DNA from: Longimicrobiales bacterium
Lineage (GTDB): Bacteria; Gemmatimonadota; Gemmatimonadetes; Longimicrobiales; Gaopeijiaceae
DNA: 64,000 nucleotides
Reading direction: 5' to 3'
NCBI GenBank assembly: GCA_965116905.1
Contig: OZ220732.1
Location: forward strand, 2,528,001-2,592,000
In this document: piece after piece, positions 28,598 to 36,391 of the stretch
Layout of the letters: the number at the start of each line of letters is the position of its first letter
Position numbering within the stretch: position 1 is the stretch's first letter
Position numbers and translations under genes: made by a program
Notes under the pieces: generated by a model
What the model saw: the letters and a program-made list of their open reading frames with translations, nothing else
The model's database searches: none
What the model was told of the DNA's origin: nothing

Positions 28598-30034
28598 ATG
28601 GCGACCGGCGACCGTCTCAGAATCGCCTGTCTCGCAGCGGTGGCACTGGCTGGCGTTCCCTCGATTCCCGCCTGCGGCGACGGGGCCGTGCTGCCGTTGC
28701 CCCCCGATCCGCCCCGTGCAGCAACGGTCGTCGTCACTCCGCCCACCGCCCGGCTGTCGGCCCTGGGCGCGACCGTGCAGCTCTCGGCACGGGTGCTGGA
28801 TCAGAACGGGCGGCCGATGGCGGGTGCGGCGGTGGCGTGGTCGAGCGGCAGCGCCGCCATCGCGACGGTGGATGCTTCCGGGCTGGTGGCGGCGGTGCAG
28901 AACGGAACCGTCACGATCATGGCGACATCGGGTTCGGCGAGCGGGAGCGCGGAGGTGACGGTGGCCCAGGAAGCGAGCGCGGTCACCGTGTCGCCCGCGG
29001 TGGACACGGTGGCGCTGGGCGACACGCTTCGGCTGGTCGCGGAGGCGTCCGACGCGAACGGTCACATGGTCGAAGGCGCGGAGTTGGGCTGGTCGTCAAG
29101 CGACGGGTACGTGGTAACGGTGGACGCGTCGGGGCTGGTGACGGGCCTCGGGCAAGGCACGGCGAACATCACGGCGATGGCCGGTGAAGCCTCGGGCACG
29201 TCCGGGATCACGGTGACACCCATCGGCGAGTGGGGACCGGCGAACACATTTGGATTCTATACGTTTCCCGATTCGGTCTATCCGCTGGCGCGCATCGAGT
29301 GGACCATGCTTCCAGTACAGGCTCCGGACGAGAGTCTGCATGAGAAGGCGCTGCTGCACTACTGGGCGATGCAGTTCCTCCATGACGAACATGGTCATCT
29401 GGCAGGTTATGCCGGTTTCCAGTCGCAAGGCGTGTTCAGGAATGAGCCGCTTCACCGTCGCGTTGTGAACTTCGCCATATGGGACTCGGATGCCTCGAAC
29501 ACCGACAGCGGGATGGTGGATACGGAAAACCCCGAGTGCCGCTGTCATCAGATCATGCTTCCTTATGAGTGGAAGGAAGGGACGCCCTATCGATTTGTTG
29601 CGGACACGGGTCCGTCCGGCGAAACGGACGAGTATCGGTGGTGGGGCCTATGGGTGACGAACCTGGTGACCGACTCCACCACCTTCGTCGGCGAGACCCG
29701 ATCGTGGCGGCGACGCATTGAAGACCCTCCCGTCTCATGGGGTGAGGATATGCACTGGTGGCAGACGCTGGTGGGGAATGCAGCCTATGAGTGCGGGGAC
29801 TTCGAGTCCTCGTCGCTGGCGGTCCTGGATGTGCTGGCGGACGGTGTCGCGCCCGTCTCCGTTCACGCCCTTACCAGTGGCGGGGAAGACGCGACGGGTC
29901 CGAATGGTCACCGGACCAGACTCTGCGATTCGGCGGTGGTCTACTCACACGGCACCGACGTTCAGCACAACCTTGGCCACTGGTCCACCCCGCCGCGCAA
30001 CGTACTCGGTGCGGACCGCCGCGACTCCCGATAA
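28598..30034 (+). CDS. Lipoprotein with two Big_2 Ig-like domains and a C-terminal DUF3472-like domain
   Basis: Lipobox IPAC; two WSS...VDASGLV repeats; GYAGFQ...FAIWD...YEWKEGTPYRF (DUF call tentative). Confidence 0.75.
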   Translation: MATGDRLRIACLAAVALAGVPSIPACGDGAVLPLPPDPPRAATVVVTPPTARLSALGATVQLSARVLDQNGRPMAGAAVAWSSGSAAIATVDASGLVAAVQNGTVTIMATSGSASGSAEVTVAQEASAVTVSPAVDTVALGDTLRLVAEASDANGHMVEGAELGWSSSDGYVVTVDASGLVTGLGQGTANITAMAGEASGTSGITVTPIGEWGPANTFGFYTFPDSVYPLARIEWTMLPVQAPDESLHEKALLHYWAMQFLHDEHGHLAGYAGFQSQGVFRNEPLHRRVVNFAIWDSDASNTDSGMVDTENPECRCHQIMLPYEWKEGTPYRFVADTGPSGETDEYRWWGLWVTNLVTDSTTFVGETRSWRRRIEDPPVSWGEDMHWWQTLVGNAAYECGDFESSSLAVLDVLADGVAPVSVHALTSGGEDATGPNGHRTRLCDSAVVYSHGTDVQHNLGHWSTPPRNVLGADRRDSR

Positions 30035-30064
30035 CACGCCCCTTGCGAGCGTGACCCTGCCCCC

Positions 30065-30538
30065 CTACCCGTGCTCGTGAACGTGCGCGTGCACGGGCGT
30101 CGTTACGAAGTCGGCGTGTCCCGACCCGACGGCACCGTGCATGAGCATGAACGTCACGTCGGTCTCGCCCTCCATGTGGCCGTGCAGATGGCCGCCGAAC
30201 TCACCGGGGCTGTCCTGTTCCCACTCGGCGATCGACTCGTCTTCGATGTCGACTTCCAGGTATGTGTCGCCTCCCAACTGGATCGGATCGCCGTCGTGAT
30301 CCACGAAGCGGACCGTGATGTGGGGAGTCTCTTCGCCCTCATCCACTTCCAGCTCCCCGGTCCAGTTCTGTGTGTGGCCATCGTACGATGCGATGACCCG
30401 GCCACTCATGACGAGTTCCAGACCCTCGGGTTCGTAGTGCTCTTCCTCCGGCTCGGTCGCCGACTCGCAGGCAGCGAGGACCAGGGCGAGGGCGGCAACG
30501 ACCGCGAACGGCCGGTTTCTGTAGCTCCGTGTCTTCAT
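30065..30538 (-). CDS. His/acid-rich lipoprotein, probable metal-binding partner of the receptor
   Basis: Lipobox LAAC; GHLHGH, HAHVHEHG; AGGAG RBS. Confidence 0.8.
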   Translation of the reverse strand: MKTRSYRNRPFAVVAALALVLAACESATEPEEEHYEPEGLELVMSGRVIASYDGHTQNWTGELEVDEGEETPHITVRFVDHDGDPIQLGGDTYLEVDIEDESIAEWEQDSPGEFGGHLHGHMEGETDVTFMLMHGAVGSGHADFVTTPVHAHVHEHG

Positions 30539-30586
30539 TTCGTTTCTCCTTGTGGTCTTGCAGGTAGTGAGTCGTGCGCAGGCTTG

Positions 30587-32815
30587 CTAGAACACGACCC
30601 GGTAGTTGGCACGCAGGCCCCTGCCCGCCTCGGGCATGATTTCCTTCACCCGCGACAGATGACGCCTGTACTCGGTATCACCGAGGTTTTCGAGGTGGAG
30701 CGTCACGACGTGCAGTCGCCCTGCGAGGGTTAGACGCAAGCCGCCCGAGAGACCCAGTACCGTGTATCCGTCGGTTGACTGCTCGAACCGTCCGGTCCGC
30801 TCCTGGCTTCCGGCCATCCGCGCCTCGGCCTCCACGAACCAGTCCACCGGCGAATAGCCGATCGCGAGGCGACCCTGGAGCGGGGGCATGAAGGGGAGGG
30901 GTTCGTCTGTGGCGCGGATCGTGCCGTGCACGTACGAGGCGACGGCCTCGAGTTTGAATCCGGCCGGCATCGACCACCCGAGCAGGCTCTCGAAGCCGGT
31001 CAGAAGCGCGTCCTCGCCCACGTACTGATAGATCGGGAGCAGGGTGCGGCTGAGTCTCCCCGTCGCCTGCGGAAAGATGTAGCCCGCGATCGTGTTTCGA
31101 AACCACGTCACCTCGGCGCTGAGGCGTTGCCGCGTCAGACGTCCGAACACGTCGATCCCGAGTCCCGTCTCCGTCTCGAGCGAGGGATTGCCGACGTCGA
31201 ATGAATTGGCCGCCAGGTGCGGCCCCTCCGAGTAGAGTTCGTGTACATCCGGGGTGCGAAAGGCCCGGGCCAGGCTCCCTCCCAGGGTGAACTGATCCGT
31301 CAACCGCAGAAGTGCGCCCAGCGATCCGGAGGCCGCGCTGAAGGCACGTGCGCGGATGTGCCCGATGTCGGACAGCTCTTCCCTGTCCGGTTCCAGGTCG
31401 ACCCGATCGTAGCGGAGCCCGGCCTCGATCAGGACCGGATCGAGCTGGATCTCCTCAACGACATACGCGGCCTGCGTCCTGCGCCCGGTATTCGGGGAGT
31501 ACAGCGCGCCCCCGAATCCGAAGTGCTCCCACGAGACTCTCGCTCCGACGGCACCCGATGCGAACGGCCCCCACCCGGCGTGCCGCGCCCGCGCCTCGCC
31601 GCTCGCGATCTGTCGCTCGAAAAGCGTTCCCAGGATGTTCGGGGGTTCCCACTCGTTGTGCCGGTACCACGTGTAGCCGGCATCGAGTTCAATCGCCTCA
31701 AAGCCTCGCCCGGGCCGGATGACGCTGCGAAGTCGACTTGCGGCTCTCTCCTGCTCGGTGCGTACCGGGTTCACGTGGCCGCCGAGGAATCCTCCGGGAA
31801 TCCCGTAGTCGTTCCGGTAGAAGCGAAAGGCACCGCCCGCGTAGCCCCAGTCGGCCACCCACGATGTCCCGGCCCCCACGCTCCACGTGTCGGTCTGGGT
31901 CCCCGCAAGCGTCCCGATGGGCGTCCGCAAATCCCCTCCCTGGTGTCTCGATACCTCGACGCGCAGAGGGATGTGCCCGGTGACTCCGACCGTCATCTGG
32001 CCGCTCCCCCCGATGGCCCGAGTCACCGTCTGCGTTTGGAGCGAGGTGAAGCCGGTCGCGCGATCGGGCACCGCGCGGGGCACCTCGTCCCGAACCACGT
32101 TGATCACGCCGCCGAGTGCGTTGCTGCCGTAGAGAATTGCGCTCGGCCCGCGAATCACGTCGATCCGCCGAGCCGATGAAGGGGTGACCGCCGTGGCGTG
32201 GTCCGCGCCGCTGTTGACGACGTCACCCACGCGCTGGCCGTCTTCGAGCATGAGGATCCTGTCTCCGCCCAGGCCGCGGATGACCGGCTGGGAAGTGCCC
32301 GGCCCCATGCTGGTCACAGCGACCCCCGGAACCGATTCGACTGTCTGGGCAAGGGTTCCTGCCAGATGCCGCTGCAGTTTCTCCCGCGCGAAGACGGCGG
32401 ACGGCCGAACCGTCTCGTTCGCGGCCCTGGGACTCAGGACCGCCGTGACGACCACGTCGGGCAGGGGGATGGCGGCCACCTCGAGATCGACAGTGGCCGT
32501 CTCTCCCGGCCGGACCTCGACGGAACCCGCCGCGTACCCCAGGCGATCGATCCGGAGCCGATACGATTCGGCGTCCGGCACGGCGATCCGGAACGACCCG
32601 TCACCGTGCGTCGTTGCGGTGCCGCCCGTGCTGACGACCTGCACCATCGCGCCCGCGAGAGGCATCCCGCTGTCTGCCGACCGGACGGTGCCCGTTACGT
32701 GGTCGATGGAGTCTGCTGCCTGCTGTCCGACGGGTGTGGAGCCCGCCGACGGTGTCGGAACGCCCGCGAGGATCAGCCCGAGAAGGAAAAAGGGGACAGG
32801 AAAGGGTGGCGACAT
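30587..32815 (-). CDS. TonB-dependent metal receptor, ZnuD-like
   Basis: PVIRGLGGDRILMLEDG, ADHA, RGPSAILYGSNALGGVIN, SEGPHLA, YRRHLS, terminal F. Confidence 0.88.
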   Translation of the reverse strand: MSPPFPVPFFLLGLILAGVPTPSAGSTPVGQQAADSIDHVTGTVRSADSGMPLAGAMVQVVSTGGTATTHGDGSFRIAVPDAESYRLRIDRLGYAAGSVEVRPGETATVDLEVAAIPLPDVVVTAVLSPRAANETVRPSAVFAREKLQRHLAGTLAQTVESVPGVAVTSMGPGTSQPVIRGLGGDRILMLEDGQRVGDVVNSGADHATAVTPSSARRIDVIRGPSAILYGSNALGGVINVVRDEVPRAVPDRATGFTSLQTQTVTRAIGGSGQMTVGVTGHIPLRVEVSRHQGGDLRTPIGTLAGTQTDTWSVGAGTSWVADWGYAGGAFRFYRNDYGIPGGFLGGHVNPVRTEQERAASRLRSVIRPGRGFEAIELDAGYTWYRHNEWEPPNILGTLFERQIASGEARARHAGWGPFASGAVGARVSWEHFGFGGALYSPNTGRRTQAAYVVEEIQLDPVLIEAGLRYDRVDLEPDREELSDIGHIRARAFSAASGSLGALLRLTDQFTLGGSLARAFRTPDVHELYSEGPHLAANSFDVGNPSLETETGLGIDVFGRLTRQRLSAEVTWFRNTIAGYIFPQATGRLSRTLLPIYQYVGEDALLTGFESLLGWSMPAGFKLEAVASYVHGTIRATDEPLPFMPPLQGRLAIGYSPVDWFVEAEARMAGSQERTGRFEQSTDGYTVLGLSGGLRLTLAGRLHVVTLHLENLGDTEYRRHLSRVKEIMPEAGRGLRANYRVVF

Positions 32816-32901
32816 GATGGTCTCCCGTTGGGTGCGCCGTCAGGGGCGCAACCGCGGACAAGTCTTTGGCCGACCGGGGGATCGGCCTGGGGGACTTCTC
32901 G

Positions 32902-33180
32902 TTACAGAGAGACGGAGAGGGGGGGAGCGCGGCTCTGGTGGGGAGAGAAGTGGAGCGCCGCGGGGGCCGGCGCGTGTCCCGCGATCGCCGGAGCCCGAAA
33001 CAGATTCGGGCCGGTGAGACCCGGCGCGTGTGACCCGGTCGTGTAGCTGGGCGTCTTTCCCACCAGGCATACGGAACACTCCGCAGCCGACCCGGCTTCG
33101 TCCTCATGCGAGTGGGAGGCCTCGGCGGTGGAGACGACCAGAAGCGAGAGGGCGGCGGCGATGCCGGTGAGCGAGCGCAT
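32902..33180 (-). CDS. DUF2946/CruR-like leader peptide (His-rich, CXXC, C-terminal RAPP)
   Basis: Signal-like N-terminus, HSHED...CSVC, Pro-rich linker, SRAPP five residues before the stop; immediately upstream of the receptor. Confidence 0.8.
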   Translation of the reverse strand: MRSLTGIAAALSLLVVSTAEASHSHEDEAGSAAECSVCLVGKTPSYTTGSHAPGLTGPNLFRAPAIAGHAPAPAALHFSPHQSRAPPLSVSL

Positions 33181-33221
33181 GCGTCCCCGGATCCGCACTG
33201 GATCAACGCAGTGAATCATCG

Positions 33222-33243
33222 GTAATGATAATGGTTTATCGAT
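33222..33243. promoter_or_regulatory. Fur/Zur-family box
   Basis: GTAATGATAATGGTTTATCGAT, an AT-rich island resembling the Fur box; same pattern at 34238. Confidence 0.7.
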
Positions 33244-33257
33244 AACCGACAAGAGGG

Positions 33258-33629
33258 TCACGTACAAGCCGCACAGCGACCGAAGAGGATCAGCTCGTGG
33301 CTGTCGACCTCGAAGCCGTCGGGCGCCAGCGCCTCGACTTCGTCCGGGCACCGATGGACATCAAACGCCTGATCGCAGGAGAGGCAGAGGAAGTGGTGGT
33401 GATGCGGACGGTCGGCCAACTCGTACCGAATCCCGCCGCCCGGGAGCTCGACTTCCGACAGCCACCCTTCGCGTGTCAGGATCTTCAGGTTCCGGTAGAC
33501 GGTTGCCAACCCGAGTGACGGCACGATCTCCTGGCCGTACTCGAGGACCTGGTCACGCGTGAGAGGGCGCCCGGCGTTCAGGAACACGCGGCGGATCGCC
33601 CGGCGTTGACGAGTGTCTCGTTTCGTCAC
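33258..33629 (-). CDS. Fur/Zur-family metal-responsive regulator
   Basis: TRQRRAI, LATVYRNL, HHHHFLCLSC, GRCAAC; GTG 33629 overlaps the upstream stop (GTGA). Confidence 0.92.
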   Translation of the reverse strand: MTKRDTRQRRAIRRVFLNAGRPLTRDQVLEYGQEIVPSLGLATVYRNLKILTREGWLSEVELPGGGIRYELADRPHHHHFLCLSCDQAFDVHRCPDEVEALAPDGFEVDSHELILFGRCAACT

Positions 33630-34150
33630 CACTCGTACGGCGTAATCGACGTGCCAGCCATCTTGAAGGACACCGACCCGTACAGGTTCGTCGTCTCCTC
33701 CACGGTCAGGGTGCCGTGGATCCAGACGGGATCCCAGAAGGAGACGGGCACGCGTTGACCGTTCTCCATACTGACGTAGACCAACTGGTTGGGGGGCGGG
33801 GGCGGGGTGTGCACGCAGGCCCCAACGTACGGGACCAGGAGGAACTCCGAGACCTCGCCGGCCCAATCCTCCAGGGGGATCATGTATCCGGGCACCTTCA
33901 CTCGGCGCCCCGCGACCGACTCGAGTTCCTCGGACATCTCGCCCGTGCGGTAATCCAGCGAGGCCAGCATCTGCCAATCCACCTCGACGGAGTCCGGCGG
34001 GACACCGGCCGCGCGGATCCCCGCTCCATCGCTCGGATCGGCCAACAGGGAGCGGGGGCCCGACGTGAGCACAAGCCAGCTGGCCATGATGACCAGGGCG
34101 AGCTGGAGGTGAGTCCAGGGAAACGGGAACCGGCGGCGCGGCTTTGGCAT
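33626..34150 (-). CDS. DUF3299-family protein (zinc-uptake associated)
   Basis: VKVPGYMIPLE...FLLVPYVGACVHTPPPPPNQLVYV; start uncertain. Confidence 0.85.
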   Translation of the reverse strand: MPKPRRRFPFPWTHLQLALVIMASWLVLTSGPRSLLADPSDGAGIRAAGVPPDSVEVDWQMLASLDYRTGEMSEELESVAGRRVKVPGYMIPLEDWAGEVSEFLLVPYVGACVHTPPPPPNQLVYVSMENGQRVPVSFWDPVWIHGTLTVEETTNLYGSVSFKMAGTSITPYEW

Positions 34151-34156
34151 TTGGCA

Positions 34157-34206
34157 GGGTCCTTGCCCTTGACGGGGTCCTTGCCCTTGACGGGGTCCTT
34201 GCCCTT
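34157..34206. repeat. 18-bp tandem repeat, about 2.8 copies
   Basis: GGGTCCTTGCCCTTGACG twice plus a 14-bp partial copy. Confidence 0.95.
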
Positions 34207-34237
34207 CGGGGAACCAGGGGAACATAATGAAGGGAAC

Positions 34238-34259
34238 GTAATGAGAACATACTATCATT
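34238..34259. promoter_or_regulatory. Fur/Zur-family box between divergent genes
   Basis: GTAATGAGAACATACTATCATT; imperfect palindrome AATGA...TCATT. Confidence 0.7.
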
Positions 34260-34266
34260 GACTACC

Positions 34267-34869
34267 ATGACCTACGCCACACTCAATCGACCACAAGTCC
34301 GCTCCCCGTTGATTCGGTGGACGATCCCGTGTCTTCTGCTGTGCGTCGCGTGCGGCGATTCATCCTCTGAGGGTCCGGCTCCTCCCCTGGTCGAGGGCGA
34401 ACGGTTGGGGACGGCCGGGGCCCACGAACACGGTATCGCTCGCCTGGGCCTCGCCGTGGACGGCACCCGCCTCACGGTCGACCTGGCGCTCCCCGCAGAG
34501 TCCGTGTTCGGCTTCGAGCGCGCGCCCCGCTCGGCGGAGGAGCGGGCCACCGCCGCGGAGGCGCTCGACAGACTTCGAACCGGTGGCGCTCGTCTCATCG
34601 CCTTTCCGGACGGGGTGACCTGTGCGCTGGACTCGGCTGAGGTGGAGGCACCCCACCAGGACGAGGGCCACCAGCACGAGGACGAGGGCCAACAGCACGA
34701 GGACGTGCACCTCCTCGCCTCCCTCACCTGTTCCCGTGAGCCCGTCGGACCGGCGAGCCTGAGGTTCGCGGACCTCCTGCCCGGCGTCGCTCAGGTGGAC
34801 CTGACGGTGTTCACCGCGGCAGGAGAGGCGGCCGGTCGCGTCGCGCCCGATGCCTCGTTCCGGTTCTGA
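34267..34869 (+). CDS. DUF2796/ZrgA-like zinc-uptake lipoprotein
   Basis: Lipobox VAC; AHEHG, PAESVFGFERAP, His-rich HQDEGHQHEDEGQQHED. Confidence 0.85.
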   Translation: MTYATLNRPQVRSPLIRWTIPCLLLCVACGDSSSEGPAPPLVEGERLGTAGAHEHGIARLGLAVDGTRLTVDLALPAESVFGFERAPRSAEERATAAEALDRLRTGGARLIAFPDGVTCALDSAEVEAPHQDEGHQHEDEGQQHEDVHLLASLTCSREPVGPASLRFADLLPGVAQVDLTVFTAAGEAAGRVAPDASFRF

Positions 34870-34898
34870 GGTGGCGAGCGGGAGGGACTAAAGTCGGC

Positions 34899-35363
34899 TC
34901 ATAACCCACCGGCGCCAACAATCTCGGCGGGCGCCAGCTCTTTCGACCTGAACGGGTCGACCACGCGGACCTCTCCGAACGCATGCCCATGCTGCAGATC
35001 CTCGGTCAACAGGATCGAGCAGCCCAGGGATTGGGCCGCCGCGACAATGACGGCATCCCACCAGGACACGGAATGGCCGTCCTGGATCTGCCAGGCCCGT
35101 TGCAGGATCCTGAGGTCGACCGCCAAGGGTTGCCAAACGGCAAGATCCTGAACGATTTCGCGCGCTTCCGACGGGTCGACGCCGATCCGTGCCTTGGCGG
35201 TCAGGGTCACGTAGAGTTCCTGCAGGACCTGGAAGCTCAGGCGTCCGGTGCGGGAGCGTACAAGGTGGGCGATCCACTCGTCGGCACGAGCCTGCTTGGC
35301 GGGATCGCCACGATCGTGACGGTAGACGAAGACGTTCGTGTCAACGAAGACGAGTGCGGACAT
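34899..35363 (-). CDS. vapC: PIN-domain (VapC-like) toxin
   Basis: FVDTNVFVY, QVLQELY, WWDAVI, LTEDL. Confidence 0.92.
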   Translation of the reverse strand: MSALVFVDTNVFVYRHDRGDPAKQARADEWIAHLVRSRTGRLSFQVLQELYVTLTAKARIGVDPSEAREIVQDLAVWQPLAVDLRILQRAWQIQDGHSVSWWDAVIVAAAQSLGCSILLTEDLQHGHAFGEVRVVDPFRSKELAPAEIVGAGGL

Positions 35364-35583
35364 ACAGTTCATCCCGGGATGGCCGACGCCCGCCAGGCCA
35401 GTCGATCTTGCGCGGCTTCCTGGCCAAATACCGTTTCATGGCGACCTCGTAGTCGTCCTCGTGGTCCCGCTTCCGTTCCAACAGTTCGCGGATCCACCTG
35501 GAGACGCTCCGATCGTCTTCGGCGGCCCTCACCCTCAGCCAACGGGCGACATCCTCGGGCAATGTGATGGTAATGTTCTTCAC
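35341..35583 (-). CDS. RHH/CopG-like antitoxin
   Basis: KNITITLPEDVARWLRVRAA..RSVSRWIRELL, SRDELY; overlaps the PIN gene start. Confidence 0.85.
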   Translation of the reverse strand: MKNITITLPEDVARWLRVRAAEDDRSVSRWIRELLERKRDHEDDYEVAMKRYLARKPRKIDWPGGRRPSRDELYVRTRLR

Positions 35584-35616
35584 GGGTCCGTGTTCCCTCT
35601 CCCGTAGCGATGGTGA

Positions 35617-35649
35617 CACGATTATCGTGAAACACGGAAACAGTGTCAA
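35617..35649 (-). promoter_or_regulatory. TA operon promoter with operator palindrome
   Basis: Minus strand TTGACA (35649-35644), 17 nt, GATAAT (35626-35621); palindrome CACGAT-T-ATCGTG (35617-35629) covers the -10. Confidence 0.75.
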
Positions 35650-35717
35650 ATGATTCGTGCTTGGCGGCGGATTCCTCTAGACTGAACCTCCCGCCCCCCG
35701 AAGGAGCACGAGCCGCC

Positions 35718-36383
35718 ATGACCCGGCCACCGATCCCGATCATCACCGCAACCGCAATCCTCGCGGCTCTCGCCCACTTCCCGGCGCCACCGCCAGCCGC
35801 AGCGCAGTCCGGCAACACGACGATCGAGGCCATTGCGGTCCACCCGCCCGTGGCTGCCCGGTTCCAGTGCTCCGAACACGCGCTCGGTGCCGAGGACCAT
35901 GTGCCCGACGCGCTCGCCGCGGACTGCGTCGTCGTCCGGCGGAACGGTGGACCGGAGGGCAATCTGCTGTCGCTGTACACCGGGGACGGAACGCGCAACG
36001 AGGACTGGCACAGCTGGCGCGAGCCGCTGCTTGCCCCCTTCGCCGGAATCGTGATCGGCATCCAGATCAATTCCGAATCGACGGTCCCGGGCGTGCGTGG
36101 CGAGGGCCGCTCGAGCGCCATCGGGTCCCGACAGTTGGTGGACGGCTCTCCGACGGATGTGCACGTCGCGTACGTTCACGTCCGGGAGGTGATCGTCTCG
36201 GAGGGTGACACGGTGCAGGCCGGCCAGCCGGTCGCCCGAATCGGCAACAACGGGTCTTCGTTTCACCCCCACGTGCACGTCGGCGCATTCCGGGGCGACC
36301 TGATGTCCGAAGATGCGGTGCCGCTTCAGGTCCGGATGGACCTCGAGGCGATGGGGCGGGTGAGGGGGACGGTGGGGGGCTGA
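35718..36383 (+). CDS. Secreted M23-family metallopeptidase
   Basis: Signal peptide; H..DALAAD, YVHV, VQAGQPVARIGNNG, PHVHVG; AAGGAG RBS. Confidence 0.8.
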   Translation: MTRPPIPIITATAILAALAHFPAPPPAAAQSGNTTIEAIAVHPPVAARFQCSEHALGAEDHVPDALAADCVVVRRNGGPEGNLLSLYTGDGTRNEDWHSWREPLLAPFAGIVIGIQINSESTVPGVRGEGRSSAIGSRQLVDGSPTDVHVAYVHVREVIVSEGDTVQAGQPVARIGNNGSSFHPHVHVGAFRGDLMSEDAVPLQVRMDLEAMGRVRGTVGG

Positions 36384-36391
36384 GGGTAAGG

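Noticed and set aside
33258..34268. 336-aa Fur fusion protein
   Set aside because: The extension overlaps the DUF3299 gene in another frame; the GTGA overlap places the start at 33629.
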